This document shows positions 18,198-28,281 of a stretch of DNA of 64,000 nt, piece after piece. How positions within the stretch are numbered: the stretch's first letter is position 1; every line of letters begins with the position of its first letter. The translations under genes and the position numbers were made by a program. Under the pieces are notes generated by a model. It did not search any database, was not told the DNA's origin, and was given only the letters and a program-made list of their open reading frames with translations. This DNA is from Candidatus Pacearchaeota archaeon (GTDB lineage Archaea; Nanobdellota; Nanobdellia; Pacearchaeales; GW2011-AR1). The stretch lies in assembly GCA_038740375.1 (NCBI GenBank), contig JAVYLW010000002.1:81877-145876 (forward strand), given 5' to 3'.

Positions 18198-20501
18198 ATG
18201 AAAAAAGAGAGCGATGAATCCGCAGAGGATTTATTAAATCCAAAAACATGTTTTTTTTCTAACTTCCCTCCAAAAGAGTGTGGAATAGCTACTTTTTGTA
18301 AGAATTTAGCAACTGCTATGGATAAAAGATTTAATCCAAAATTAAAATCAAAAGTAATAGCTATAAACGAAGAAGGTAGTATTTATAATTATTCTAATAA
18401 AGTTATACTTGAAGTAAATAAAAATGATATTGAAACATACATTGAAATAGCAAAAAAAGTAAATGAATCTGAAAATATAAAAATTGTCTGTGTTCAGCAT
18501 GAATTTGGAATTTTCGGCGGTGAATACGGAAATTATATCATTCCATTTTTAGAAACTTTAAAAAAACCTGTTGTAGTAACATTTCATTCAGTTTTACCAA
18601 ATCCTGACGACAAAAGGAAAAGAGTTGTATGTGCTATTGCAAAAAGAGCATCAGCAATAATTGTTATGGCAAAAGCAGGAGTTGAAATACTAAATAGAGA
18701 TTATGGTATTGAAAAAAATAAAATATTTGTTGTTCATCACGGAATTCCAAATGTTCCTTTTTGTTCTGATAATACTTTAATGAAAAAAAAACTCAAATTA
18801 GATGGAAAAATTGTATTATCAACTTTTGGGTTATTATCAAGAGGCAAAGGTATTGAGTATGTAATAAAAGCACTTCCTCCTTTAGTTAAAAAATATCCTA
18901 ATCTACTTTACATAATAATTGGAGAAACTCATCCTGCAATAAGAAAAATAGAAGGTGAAGCTTATAGAAATGAATTAATAAACTTAGTAAAAAAATTAAA
19001 ATTACAAAATCATGTCAAATTCTATAACAAATATTTATCTTATTCAGAAATAATAGAATATGTTATAGCATCTGATATTTATTTAGCAACTAATTTAGAA
19101 AAAAATCAAATAACAAGTGGAACTCTAATAGAAGCAATGGGTTATGGAGGAAAAGCAATAGTTTCTACAGCAAGTATTTATGCACAAGAGGTATTAGCTG
19201 ATGGAAGAGGAATAACTGTTGAAATAAGAAACGAAAATGCTTATACTGAAGCTATAGATAAAATTTTAAGTAATCCTGAATTAAAAAAGGAAATGGAGAG
19301 ACTTGCATATGCTTACTCAAGAAAAGCTATTTGGTCAAATGTTGCTTACCAATATCTCAATATTTTTAACAAAATAGTTAAATTAAGAGAAGAAACAATT
19401 GAAAAATTCCCTAAGATTAAATTGAATCACATCAGTAATTTAACAGATGATTATGGAATAATACAGTTTTCAAAACACTCAACTCCTGATAAATCTTCAG
19501 GTTATACATTAGACGATAACTCAAGAGCATTAATTTTCTCAATACTTCATAATAAACTTTTTGATAAAGAAAAAACTGGAGAAATAAGCAAAAATTTAGC
19601 AAAGATTTATTTAAATTTTATTGAAAGATCTCAAGAAGAAGACGGAAATTTTAAAAATAATCATAAAAATGAAGAAGAAATATTAAATTCACATAGTGAA
19701 GATTCTTTTGGAAGGGCGATTTGGTCTTTAGGATTTACAATAAATAAATCTATTGATCCTTTATTAGTAGATAAAGCAAAAAAAATATTTGAAAAATCAT
19801 TTAATTATATAGATAAAATTAACTCTCCAAGAGCAAAAGCATTTACGATATTAGGACTATATTATCATTATAAAAGTTCTGAAAATGAAAAAATTTTATC
19901 CAAATTAAAAAAAATTGCAAATGATTTATTAGAACATTATAAAAAAGAATCTTCAGAAGATTGGCAATGGTTTGAATCATATTTAACTTATTCAAATGCA
20001 AAACTGCCTGAAGCAATGTTTCTAGCATATGATGCTTCTGGAGAAATAGAATATTTAAATGTAGCTAAAAAAACTCTGGATTTCTTAACAAATTTAATGT
20101 TTATAGAAGGAGAATTCTCTCCTATAGGTCAAAATGGATGGTATAAAAGAAATGGAGAAAGAGCATTCTTTGATCAACAACCATTGGACGTTAGTTCAAT
20201 GGTAACTGCATATTTAACAGCTTGTAACATAACAAAAAATAAAGAATATTACAAAAATGCAGTTCTTGCTTTTAATTGGTTTTTGGGTAAAAATCATCTC
20301 AAGCAGATGATATATGATGAAACAACAGGTGGATGTTATGATGGATTAGGTAAACATTCTGTTAATCTAAATCAAGGTGCTGAATCAACAATTTCATATC
20401 TAATTGCAAGAATATTTTTAGAGGAACATAAAAGGAACAATAAAAAAGATGTATCTCACAAGAATAATAATCTTAAAAAATCTGAAATTCTAGCAGTATA
20501 A
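18198..20501 (+). CDS. GT4 glycosyltransferase fused to a C-terminal (alpha/alpha)-toroid-like domain
   Basis: The track start at 18126 is a GTG; the ATG at 18198 (MKKESDE) is more plausible. The N-terminal ~400 aa are GT-B like (FPPKECGIATFCKNL...FGLLSRGKG...TSGTLIEAMGYGGKAIVS). The C-terminal ~370 aa have helical-repeat character (DDNSRALI...FGRAIWSLG...WFESYLTYSNAKLPEA). Confidence 0.6.
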   Translation: MKKESDESAEDLLNPKTCFFSNFPPKECGIATFCKNLATAMDKRFNPKLKSKVIAINEEGSIYNYSNKVILEVNKNDIETYIEIAKKVNESENIKIVCVQHEFGIFGGEYGNYIIPFLETLKKPVVVTFHSVLPNPDDKRKRVVCAIAKRASAIIVMAKAGVEILNRDYGIEKNKIFVVHHGIPNVPFCSDNTLMKKKLKLDGKIVLSTFGLLSRGKGIEYVIKALPPLVKKYPNLLYIIIGETHPAIRKIEGEAYRNELINLVKKLKLQNHVKFYNKYLSYSEIIEYVIASDIYLATNLEKNQITSGTLIEAMGYGGKAIVSTASIYAQEVLADGRGITVEIRNENAYTEAIDKILSNPELKKEMERLAYAYSRKAIWSNVAYQYLNIFNKIVKLREETIEKFPKIKLNHISNLTDDYGIIQFSKHSTPDKSSGYTLDDNSRALIFSILHNKLFDKEKTGEISKNLAKIYLNFIERSQEEDGNFKNNHKNEEEILNSHSEDSFGRAIWSLGFTINKSIDPLLVDKAKKIFEKSFNYIDKINSPRAKAFTILGLYYHYKSSENEKILSKLKKIANDLLEHYKKESSEDWQWFESYLTYSNAKLPEAMFLAYDASGEIEYLNVAKKTLDFLTNLMFIEGEFSPIGQNGWYKRNGERAFFDQQPLDVSSMVTAYLTACNITKNKEYYKNAVLAFNWFLGKNHLKQMIYDETTGGCYDGLGKHSVNLNQGAESTISYLIARIFLEEHKRNNKKDVSHKNNNLKKSEILAV

Positions 20502-20575
20502 AAAGTATAAATTGAATAATAAACTTTATCTCGTTAAAAATATCTCAATAAAAATATTTAAAGACTAAAGTAAAA

Positions 20576-21430
20576 TTATTTCATCCAAGTCAAACCTTCA
20601 AAATCAAACTTAAAAGGTATAACTCTTTTGCCAAAAAATTTTTTAAGTTTTTTTGGATTTTCTGCATAAAAAAGCACGCTTCCTCCTCCGCCACTACCAC
20701 ATATTTTTGCAGATACAGCTCCATTTCTTTTTCCAGAATCGATAATATTTTGAAGCTGAGGTGAAACTGTTATTTTAGATAATTTTCTTCTATATTCTGT
20801 TTCTTTATTTATTAAATGTGCAAAACCATATAAATCACCTTTTAATAAAAGATTTTTCATATCAATTGCAATCTGCTTTATAGCAAGCAATTCTTTATCA
20901 TTTTTACCTTTTAACAAATTATCTATTATAACTTTATTAGATTTTCCAGAAAAATGAGTTTTTCCAGAATAAACAATTACTAAATGTTCTTCAAGTTCCT
21001 TTATAACTCTAGGTTTAAGTTTTAATCTTTGAATTTTTACTTCATCTCCACAAAACTCCATAAAATTTATTCCTCCTAATGAAGCTGCATACATATCTTG
21101 TTTTCCGTTTACCTTAGATTCAGAAATAGATTGTTCAATTTTAAAAACAGATTCAGCAATTTTTTCTTTATCAGTTATAGAAGTTATAAGTGCAACCCAA
21201 ACATCATTCATAGCAGAAGATGTTCCAAGACCTGAACTTGTAGGAATATTTGCATAATATTCAAGTTTAGTAAATCTTTCAGTTGCAATTAAAGTTCCAT
21301 AAACATAACGGTCAATTGCAGCATTAAGAACAGCTCCGCCATATTTGTGTGTAAAGGGTTTAATATCAGTAGTCCCTCCTGCAAAATCAATTCTAACAGG
21401 TGCACGAACTTTTTTTATTATTTTTTTCAT
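20576..21430 (-). CDS. GHMP-family sugar kinase (HddA/fucokinase-like)
   Basis: RAPVRIDFAGGTTD, the GHMP motif PTSSGLGTSSAM, and the C-terminal CGSGGGGSVLF. Confidence 0.7.
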   Translation of the reverse strand: MKKIIKKVRAPVRIDFAGGTTDIKPFTHKYGGAVLNAAIDRYVYGTLIATERFTKLEYYANIPTSSGLGTSSAMNDVWVALITSITDKEKIAESVFKIEQSISESKVNGKQDMYAASLGGINFMEFCGDEVKIQRLKLKPRVIKELEEHLVIVYSGKTHFSGKSNKVIIDNLLKGKNDKELLAIKQIAIDMKNLLLKGDLYGFAHLINKETEYRRKLSKITVSPQLQNIIDSGKRNGAVSAKICGSGGGGSVLFYAENPKKLKKFFGKRVIPFKFDFEGLTWMK

Positions 21431-21431
21431 A

Positions 21432-21593
21432 ATTATCCTCTTTTTTCATAATCTGTTAATATTTAAGAAAAGTTAGTTTATAAATTTTTATAATAAATCT
21501 AAAAATTAAAATATTATCCTCTTTTTTCATAATCTGTTAATATTTAAGAAAAGTTAGTTTATAAATTTTTATAATAAATCTAAAAATTAAAAT
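21432..21593. repeat. Exact 81-bp tandem duplication (2 copies) of the region immediately upstream of the GHMP kinase start
   Basis: 21432-21512 and 21513-21593 are identical when read base by base. On the minus strand each copy contains a tttataaa TATA-like box and gaggataat (SD-like) in front of an atg. Confidence 0.95.
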
Positions 21594-21871
21594 GTGACAT
21601 CCTCCTACACCTAAAGATGTAGGTTTCCGTGATGCTTTTTTTTAGAGTTCTCACATAGGTTCTTACAACTTCTTCTTGAACAAATCAATTAATTATAAGA
21701 AAGTTCTAACTACATTGAAGTATTCAATAAGTTAAAATCAATCTCATTTTTTATAATAAATTTAAGTTAAATTAACAAAACTATAAAGATATTTTTCTTA
21801 TTTTTAAAAAAATTTTACAGAAATAAATAACAATGTCAACACTTAAAAAATTTTAAAATAAATATATAAAT

Positions 21872-22747
21872 TTATACAATATTTTTTAATCCTATTTTTT
21901 TAGCATATAAAATAACTTCATTAAATTCTTTATAACTAATATTTCTATTTATTTCAGGAAATTTATAAGCATTAAAACACGGCCTATATTGATTCATTAT
22001 ATTAACTCTAATATTTTCACCTAGATTATCAAAAATCCACTTTAAAATAGGTTTTGCACAACATTCTATATGATTAGGTAAAATTAAAACTCTTATTAAT
22101 AATTCTCCATTTTTACTTGCAATTAATAAATTTCTCTTAGCAACTTCTGGATAATTTCTAATTTCACTTAGTTTAAAAGCACAATCTTCATTAAAATATC
22201 TAAAATCAAGAAGATATACATCAACAATATCTTTTATCAATTTAGCAGTTATTTCTGAATAATAAGAGGAACTATTCCATACAATTGGAATAGGAATATT
22301 TATTCTATTTAATAATTTTAAAATATTATAAACATAGCAATCAGGAGTAACAAAATTAATATTTTTGCATTTTTTCATTTGATTTATCCATTCAATAACT
22401 TTCCTATAACTCCAATCATTTCCTTTTTCAGGCTCAATAGAATAAGGAGCATTTTGACAATAACAGCATCTTAGAGGACATCCCGCTAAAAATAAAGTAG
22501 CGCTTGGAACAAGTTCTTTTTCTTCTCCAGTATGTTCATAAGCTCCAAAAATTTTCCATTTATCTAAAACTTTACAAAAACCGCTTTCTTTAAATCTATT
22601 AACACCACATTTTCTTTCACAAAATTCACAATTTTCCATAATTTTTTTAGCAACTTTGATATTTTTAAAAAGAATATTTTTTTCTTTTGCTAAAATAAAA
22701 TTAGGTTTTTCCTTATATTTTAATATAGAAAAATATCTGTTTAACAT
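21872..22747 (-). CDS. Radical SAM protein, PflX-like (COG1313-type)
   Basis: N-terminal Cys cluster CEFCERKCGVNR...GFC and the radical-SAM motif CPLRCCYCQN. Confidence 0.7.
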   Translation of the reverse strand: MLNRYFSILKYKEKPNFILAKEKNILFKNIKVAKKIMENCEFCERKCGVNRFKESGFCKVLDKWKIFGAYEHTGEEKELVPSATLFLAGCPLRCCYCQNAPYSIEPEKGNDWSYRKVIEWINQMKKCKNINFVTPDCYVYNILKLLNRINIPIPIVWNSSSYYSEITAKLIKDIVDVYLLDFRYFNEDCAFKLSEIRNYPEVAKRNLLIASKNGELLIRVLILPNHIECCAKPILKWIFDNLGENIRVNIMNQYRPCFNAYKFPEINRNISYKEFNEVILYAKKIGLKNIV

Positions 22748-22769
22748 ATAATTTAAATAAGTATAAGAT

Positions 22770-23210
22770 TCACTTTAAATGCATAATATATTCTTTTAAT
22801 CTCGGATCTAAACTTGTTGTAACCATTTTTATTAATTCATTAGGAGTAACCCATTTTAACTCAGTAAAATCAGAACCTGGCTTCTCTTTTCCAGATACAA
22901 CCTCGCATAAATAATACAAAAGTAAAAATTTACGATTTTCTTTAGGAATTCTTGAAAATATATTACCTAAACTTTTTACTTTAAGTCCTGTTTTTTTTAA
23001 AATTTTTCTTTCAAGGGACTTTTCTAAATCTTCGTTATAACTAGGAACTCCTCCAGGAAAACTCCAAGTCAATTTTGGAACTAAATCATCTTTAACTCTT
23101 TTACCAATTAAAATTTTTCTTGTTTTTGTATCAAATATTATTCCAAGTAGATTAACATAAAATATTCCTTTTTTCTGTTCTTTTATATTAAACCTTTCTT
23201 TTATTCTCAT
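22770..23210 (-). CDS. NUDIX-fold protein with a degenerate Nudix box
   Basis: The Nudix box position reads GGVPSYNEDLEKSLERKILKKTGL. The REUxEE glutamates are replaced (RKILKK). Confidence 0.6.
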   Translation of the reverse strand: MRIKERFNIKEQKKGIFYVNLLGIIFDTKTRKILIGKRVKDDLVPKLTWSFPGGVPSYNEDLEKSLERKILKKTGLKVKSLGNIFSRIPKENRKFLLLYYLCEVVSGKEKPGSDFTELKWVTPNELIKMVTTSLDPRLKEYIMHLK

Positions 23211-23435
23211 TCTTAATTACCTCAATGTACTTTAAAAATAGCTAGCGTTTAATAAAAACACTACTTTTTAATAAAATCAATCAGATATTTAAAATTAACT
23301 CTTTTAAAAATTTGTCTAAAATAATACAACAAAAAATATTAAAATAAGAACTAGCTATTTATCATCTCATAATTTCAATTTTATACCTATGTTTAAAAAA
23401 GTAATTTTTTCTTAAAAAGTATAAAAATATAAAAA

Positions 23436-24254
23436 TTATGATAACAATAACGCAGCACCTAAAGTCCCTGGATGATCTAATTTAGAAAAAACAATAGGAG
23501 TTTTATGAGGCAAAATAGAGTATTTTTTTGCACTCTCATTAATCATTTTAAGTAAAGGTTGTCCTGCTTCTTTAAATCCACCATTTATAACAATAATATC
23601 AGGATCAAAGATATTAATAAAAGAACCTATTCCCATTCCTATATAATTATACATTTCTTCCAAAATCTCTTTTGCATTTCTGTTTTCCATCTTAATAAGT
23701 TCAGCAATTAAAATCTCTTTTCCAAAAATTTCTTTTGTTTTTTTTCTTGTTTCCTGCCACAATACCTCAAAAAATTTACCATCTTTTAAAATTATATGTC
23801 CTAGTTCTCCTGCAAAATTTCTTCCAGTGTATAATTTACCATCAATTATAATACCTCCTCCAATTCCAGTTCCAAATGCAATAACAATAAAATTTCTCTT
23901 TTTTATACCAAGTTTAGATTCTGCTAAAGCAACACATTTAACATCGTTCTCTACAACAACTCTTTTTTTAAATTTATTTTGTAAATATTCTTTAAGATTA
24001 AAATTTCTAAAAGGTAAATTTGGAGGATTTTTTATAACTCCATTTTCAAGTGGTCCTGGAGAACCAACACCTATTCCGTAAATATCATTACTAATAAGAC
24101 TAGAAATACAATCGCACATAACTTTCAAAAGTTCTTTTTTAGTCTTTGGTGTATCATTCTTTATATATTTTACAATTTTATTATTTTTCACTAAACTAAC
24201 TCTAAGATTGGTTCCTCCAAGATCGACTGCAATAACTTTTTTATTTTTTTTCAT
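23436..24254 (-). CDS. ROK-family sugar kinase (glucokinase-like)
   Basis: VIAVDLGGTNLRV, AFGTGIGGGIIIDGKLYTG and AGELGHI. The usual CxCGxxGC zinc motif is not apparent. Confidence 0.75.
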   Translation of the reverse strand: MKKNKKVIAVDLGGTNLRVSLVKNNKIVKYIKNDTPKTKKELLKVMCDCISSLISNDIYGIGVGSPGPLENGVIKNPPNLPFRNFNLKEYLQNKFKKRVVVENDVKCVALAESKLGIKKRNFIVIAFGTGIGGGIIIDGKLYTGRNFAGELGHIILKDGKFFEVLWQETRKKTKEIFGKEILIAELIKMENRNAKEILEEMYNYIGMGIGSFINIFDPDIIVINGGFKEAGQPLLKMINESAKKYSILPHKTPIVFSKLDHPGTLGAALLLS

Positions 24255-24269
24255 ATTTTCTATATTAAA

Positions 24270-24641
24270 TTATGCTCTGTTTTTAATTCTTCCATAAATA
24301 TCTTCAATTCTTGTTATATCATTTTCATCAAACCTTCCAAAAGATATCTCAAGAACCTTAACTTCTTTATTCTTAGAAAAAAGTCTATGCAAAGTCCCTC
24401 TCTTTATATTAATTATAGAATCTTTCTTAACTTTTTTTTTCTTTCTTCCAATTTGAACATATCCATCTGTAATAAAATACCATAATTCATCTCTTTTACG
24501 ATGAAATTGTAAAGACAAAATAGAATTTGGTTTAACTGTTAGTATCTTAACAGTTGATTTTTCATTAAAAGTAAATTGCTTAAAATTTCCCCAAGGCCTC
24601 TTTTCAATGTAAACTTTATTCATATTAATATTTTGATGCAT
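24270..24641 (-). CDS. Cupin-domain protein, type II phosphomannose isomerase C-terminal-like
   Basis: EKRPWGNFKQF...VKILTVKPNSILSLQFHRKRDELWYFITDG matches the RPWG...K.i.v.PG..lSlQ.H..R.E.W pattern. Confidence 0.7.
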   Translation of the reverse strand: MHQNINMNKVYIEKRPWGNFKQFTFNEKSTVKILTVKPNSILSLQFHRKRDELWYFITDGYVQIGRKKKKVKKDSIINIKRGTLHRLFSKNKEVKVLEISFGRFDENDITRIEDIYGRIKNRA

Positions 24642-24912
24642 AATTATTAAAATAAAGATTTTTAATTTAAAAACTTTTAGTATGAATTAATTTGTTTTCA
24701 ATATCTTATAAAAATTATTAATAAAAAATACTTTTTTAACTTTTTCTTAACTTTTTCAAATATAGAAAAATAAATTACGTTTACTTTTACTAGTATAACA
24801 AAACAAGATAACTTTGTATAATATTTTGTAAGTGAATTAAATTATTTTAATTGTTAATAAACAATAATTTTATTAATACTCATTTTTTAATAGTTTTATA
24901 AAGAGGTTATAA

Positions 24913-25890
24913 ATGAAGATTATGCAAAAAATTCTTCCAAAATCCAAATTAAAAGAATTTATAGAATCTTTAATGAATAGCTATGAAATTATAGCTCCTG
25001 TAAACAAAGATATAACAAAATTTGATATTATTAAAAATCCAAATGAAATATATTTAAAACAAATAACAAAAGTTCCATTAAAAAAATTTTTTATCCCTGA
25101 AAATGAGATTATTTTAGAATATGAAAATGAAATAATAAAAGAAAAAAAAGATAAAACAAAAGAAAGAGTTATTTTTGGTTTAAGAAAATGTGACATTAAT
25201 GCTTTAGAAATTTTAGATAAAGTAATGACTGATAAGTTTTACTTAAATAAAAGAAAAAAATCTATATTAATAGGTTATTTTTGTGAAAATCCTGACAAAT
25301 ATTGCTTCTGCAACTCAATGCAATTAAGTGATAAGGGCTTTGATTTATTTTTTTATCCAAAAGATAACTTTTATTTTATATCAATAGGCACTGAAAAAGG
25401 AAAAGAATTAGTTAAAAATTTGAAAACAGCAAAAAAGGAAATTAAATTAGAATATTATAATAGAAAATACTTAAAAGAAACAGACTTAAATAAACATTAT
25501 AAAGATAAAATATGGGAAGAAAACGCTAATCAATGTCTTTCATGTTCAGCATGTACGATTTACTGTCCTACATGTAATTGTTTTGACATAAATGACATTC
25601 TTAGTTTAAATTTAAAAGATGGAAAAAGAATAAGGCAGGAAACATCTTGTCATTTAAAATCATTTACAGAAGTTGCAGGAGAAAAATATTTCAGAGAAAG
25701 TAGACTAGCAAGATTTAAGCATTTTGTATATCATAAGATAGTTTATTATAAAAAAAAGAAAGGTAGATACATGTGCGTAGGTTGTGGTAGATGTTTAAGA
25801 GTCTGTCCAACAAAAATAGATTGGGTTAAAACAATAAATTTATTAGAATCAATAAAACATCCAATAGAAGCAAAAGAAAAAATCATATAA
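24913..25890 (+). CDS. hydB: Sulfhydrogenase beta subunit-like (HydB/AsrA-like 4Fe-4S protein)
   Basis: CLSCSACTIYCPTCNC and CVGCGRCLRVCP clusters. First gene in a B-G-(X)-D-A order. Confidence 0.7.
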   Translation: MKIMQKILPKSKLKEFIESLMNSYEIIAPVNKDITKFDIIKNPNEIYLKQITKVPLKKFFIPENEIILEYENEIIKEKKDKTKERVIFGLRKCDINALEILDKVMTDKFYLNKRKKSILIGYFCENPDKYCFCNSMQLSDKGFDLFFYPKDNFYFISIGTEKGKELVKNLKTAKKEIKLEYYNRKYLKETDLNKHYKDKIWEENANQCLSCSACTIYCPTCNCFDINDILSLNLKDGKRIRQETSCHLKSFTEVAGEKYFRESRLARFKHFVYHKIVYYKKKKGRYMCVGCGRCLRVCPTKIDWVKTINLLESIKHPIEAKEKII

Positions 25891-25924
25891 ATAAAATTAA
25901 AATCTTAAAAATTTGTAAAATAAA

Positions 25925-26752
25925 ATGAATCAATATATTCCAAAACCATATATCATAGAAGAAATCGTTGATTTTACAGAAGATGTAAAGTTATTCAAAA
26001 TTAAATCAAACCTAAATCCAAAACCAGGACAATTTATTGAAGTATCTATCCCAGGTTATGGAGAATGTCCCTTAGCATCTTGCTCTAATGACGAAAACTA
26101 TATTCATATGTTAACAAGAAATGTAGGAAACTTAACAACAATGATGTTTAAATTAAAAAAAGGTGATAAAATATTCATAAGAGGGCCATATGGAAAAGGT
26201 TTTCCTATTAAAAATTTAAAAAATAAAAATATCCTTTTAATTGCAGGAGGAACAGGAATAGCTCCAGTAACATCCTTGTTACATTATATAGAGAAACATA
26301 GAAATGATTTCAAAGAAGTCTACGCTTATTTTGGTTTTAGAAATGAAAGATATATTTTATTAAAAGACAAAATAAAAGACTGGCAAAAAAAATTTAAGAT
26401 TGTGATATGTTTAGATAAAAAAGAAAATAACGAGTGTGAATTAAAATGTGAAATTGGATTTATACACGATGTTATGGATAAAATTAAACCCCTTATTGAT
26501 AATACAATCGCAGTTTTATGCGGTCCTGAAATAATGATGGATTGTGTAACTGAAAAACTTAAAAAACAAGGAATGAAAGAAAATAGAATATTTTGGAGTT
26601 TAGAAAGAAGAATGGAATGTGGGTTTGGAAACTGTAATAGATGTCTTATACAGGATTTATATGTGTGCAAAGATGGTCCGGTATTTAGATATGATATTAT
26701 CAAAACTAGAATAGATAATGAAGAATATAGCAATAAAATTAAAACAAATTAA
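25925..26752 (+). CDS. hydG: Sulfhydrogenase gamma subunit-like (FAD/NAD(P)-binding, C-terminal 2Fe-2S; HydG/AsrB-like)
   Basis: FNR-like fold (PGQFIEVSIPG...LIAGGTGIAP) and the C-terminal CGFGNCNRCL...C cluster. Confidence 0.75.
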   Translation: MNQYIPKPYIIEEIVDFTEDVKLFKIKSNLNPKPGQFIEVSIPGYGECPLASCSNDENYIHMLTRNVGNLTTMMFKLKKGDKIFIRGPYGKGFPIKNLKNKNILLIAGGTGIAPVTSLLHYIEKHRNDFKEVYAYFGFRNERYILLKDKIKDWQKKFKIVICLDKKENNECELKCEIGFIHDVMDKIKPLIDNTIAVLCGPEIMMDCVTEKLKKQGMKENRIFWSLERRMECGFGNCNRCLIQDLYVCKDGPVFRYDIIKTRIDNEEYSNKIKTN

Positions 26753-26753
26753 A

Positions 26754-27494
26754 ATGAAAATTTCAAATAAAGAAATAAATAAAGATATAAGAAAATTTAT
26801 AAAAATAGCTGAGATAAGAAAACAAGATATTATTTTAAATATACCCTTCGGAGATATAGCTGTAGCAAAAAGATTATCAAAAAAAAAGAAAATCAGTCTT
26901 CACATATTAGAAGAAGAAAAATTTCAAGTAAAAAATGCAAAAAAATTCATTAAAAAAGCAGAATTTTACATATCTTCCTCAGTATTAAAAACTCCATTTA
27001 AGAATGATTTTTTTGATAAAATATTTATAAGAAATGGTATTTACCAAATATTAAAAAATAAACAATTAATTTTATTCAAAGAAATTTACAGAATTCTAAA
27101 AACAAAAGGAAAATTCATTAACTGGACTATAGCTTTAAATAACAAAAATAAAAAATTTTTCAACAAATTATCGAGCAAAAAAAATGAAATATCAGGATTT
27201 TCGAAAAATATTTTTCAAAAAAAATATTTTGCAAGTAAAGAAGAAATCATATCATGGTTAAAAAAAGCAGGTTTTAGAAAAATAAAAATTTATGATTTAA
27301 AAATTTTTTATTTATTATCAACAGACATTTGGTTTAAAATTGATTTTAAAAAAGATTTAATTAAATCAAAAGAGTGGAACAATTATATTAAATCTTTAAT
27401 ATTCAAATATGAAATATCTGATATTCAAATAAAATATATAAAAAATAATTTTCAATTAAAAATACCTGCATTAATATCTATTGCTGAAAAATAA
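26754..27494 (+). CDS. Class-I methyltransferase-fold-like protein with degenerate SAM motif I, embedded in the hydrogenase operon
   Basis: The track start at 26718 overlaps hydG. The ATG at 26754 sits 1 nt after the hydG stop. DIILNIPFGDIAV occupies the usual LDxGxGxG position. TPFKNDFFDKIFIRNG...LFKEIYRILKTKGKFI resembles the Methyltransf_11 motifs (lPf.d.sFD.v...; Ei.RvLKpgG). Confidence 0.45.
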   Translation: MKISNKEINKDIRKFIKIAEIRKQDIILNIPFGDIAVAKRLSKKKKISLHILEEEKFQVKNAKKFIKKAEFYISSSVLKTPFKNDFFDKIFIRNGIYQILKNKQLILFKEIYRILKTKGKFINWTIALNNKNKKFFNKLSSKKNEISGFSKNIFQKKYFASKEEIISWLKKAGFRKIKIYDLKIFYLLSTDIWFKIDFKKDLIKSKEWNNYIKSLIFKYEISDIQIKYIKNNFQLKIPALISIAEK

Positions 27495-27495
27495 A

Positions 27496-28263
27496 ATGGA
27501 AATTAATCAAAAAAAACCAACTGTAGGATTTTATGGAATATCTGGATGTGCAGGATGCCTTTTAACAGTTTTATTTGAAAATTCTTTTAAAGAATTAACA
27601 GAGCTTGTAAATATAAAAGCATTTCCGCTAATAAAAGAAGATAGCTACAAAGGTTATTTTGATATAGTTTTTATTGAAGGAACAGTATGTTTTGACGAAG
27701 ATATTTTAATAATAAACAAGTTAAGAAAAAGAGCTAAAGTTATTGTGGCTTTGGGATCATGCAGCCACGTAGGAGGAGTTCCCTCAATAAAAAATTTTAA
27801 AGATAAAGAAAAAATAATGAAATTTGTTTATCCTAGAATAAATCATTTAAAAGAAGAAAATCCTACACCTATTGAAAATCACATAAAAGTAGATTATTAT
27901 ATTCCTCAATGCCCTCCTAACAAATCAGAAATAATAGAGTTTATTAAGATTTTTTTAACAGAAAGAAAATGGAAAAATTATAATGAGCCTGTTTGTTTTG
28001 AATGCAGAAAAAAAGCAAATCCCTGCGTATTAGAAAAAGGGGAAATTTGTTTAGGTCCCATAACAAACGGAGGTTGTGGAGCACTATGCCCTTCAAACAA
28101 AACAGAGTGTTATGGATGCAGAGGTCCTACTGATGATGCAAATATAAGGTCATTTAAAGAAATGTTAAAAAATATGGGCTATAAAGAAGAAGATATATTT
28201 GATAAAATGGAAACTTTTGCAGGATTACAATTCAAAAATAAAGAAGAAAAAGATGAAATATAA
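27496..28263 (+). CDS. hydD: [NiFe] hydrogenase small (delta) subunit, group 3-like
   Basis: VGFYGISGCAGC at the N-terminus, plus GSCSHVGG and distal Cys clusters (CFECRK...C; GGCGALCPS...CYGCRGP). The ATG at 27496 lies 1 nt after the preceding stop. Confidence 0.8.
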   Translation: MEINQKKPTVGFYGISGCAGCLLTVLFENSFKELTELVNIKAFPLIKEDSYKGYFDIVFIEGTVCFDEDILIINKLRKRAKVIVALGSCSHVGGVPSIKNFKDKEKIMKFVYPRINHLKEENPTPIENHIKVDYYIPQCPPNKSEIIEFIKIFLTERKWKNYNEPVCFECRKKANPCVLEKGEICLGPITNGGCGALCPSNKTECYGCRGPTDDANIRSFKEMLKNMGYKEEDIFDKMETFAGLQFKNKEEKDEI

Positions 28264-28281
28264 ATTATCTTTTTTTATAAC

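Noticed and set aside
21594-21700. Possible C/D-box sRNA, because of a gtgatgc string near a hairpin.
   Set aside because: The C box is imperfect (GTGATGC rather than RUGAUGA). I could not find a D box (CUGA) or a terminal stem at an appropriate distance.
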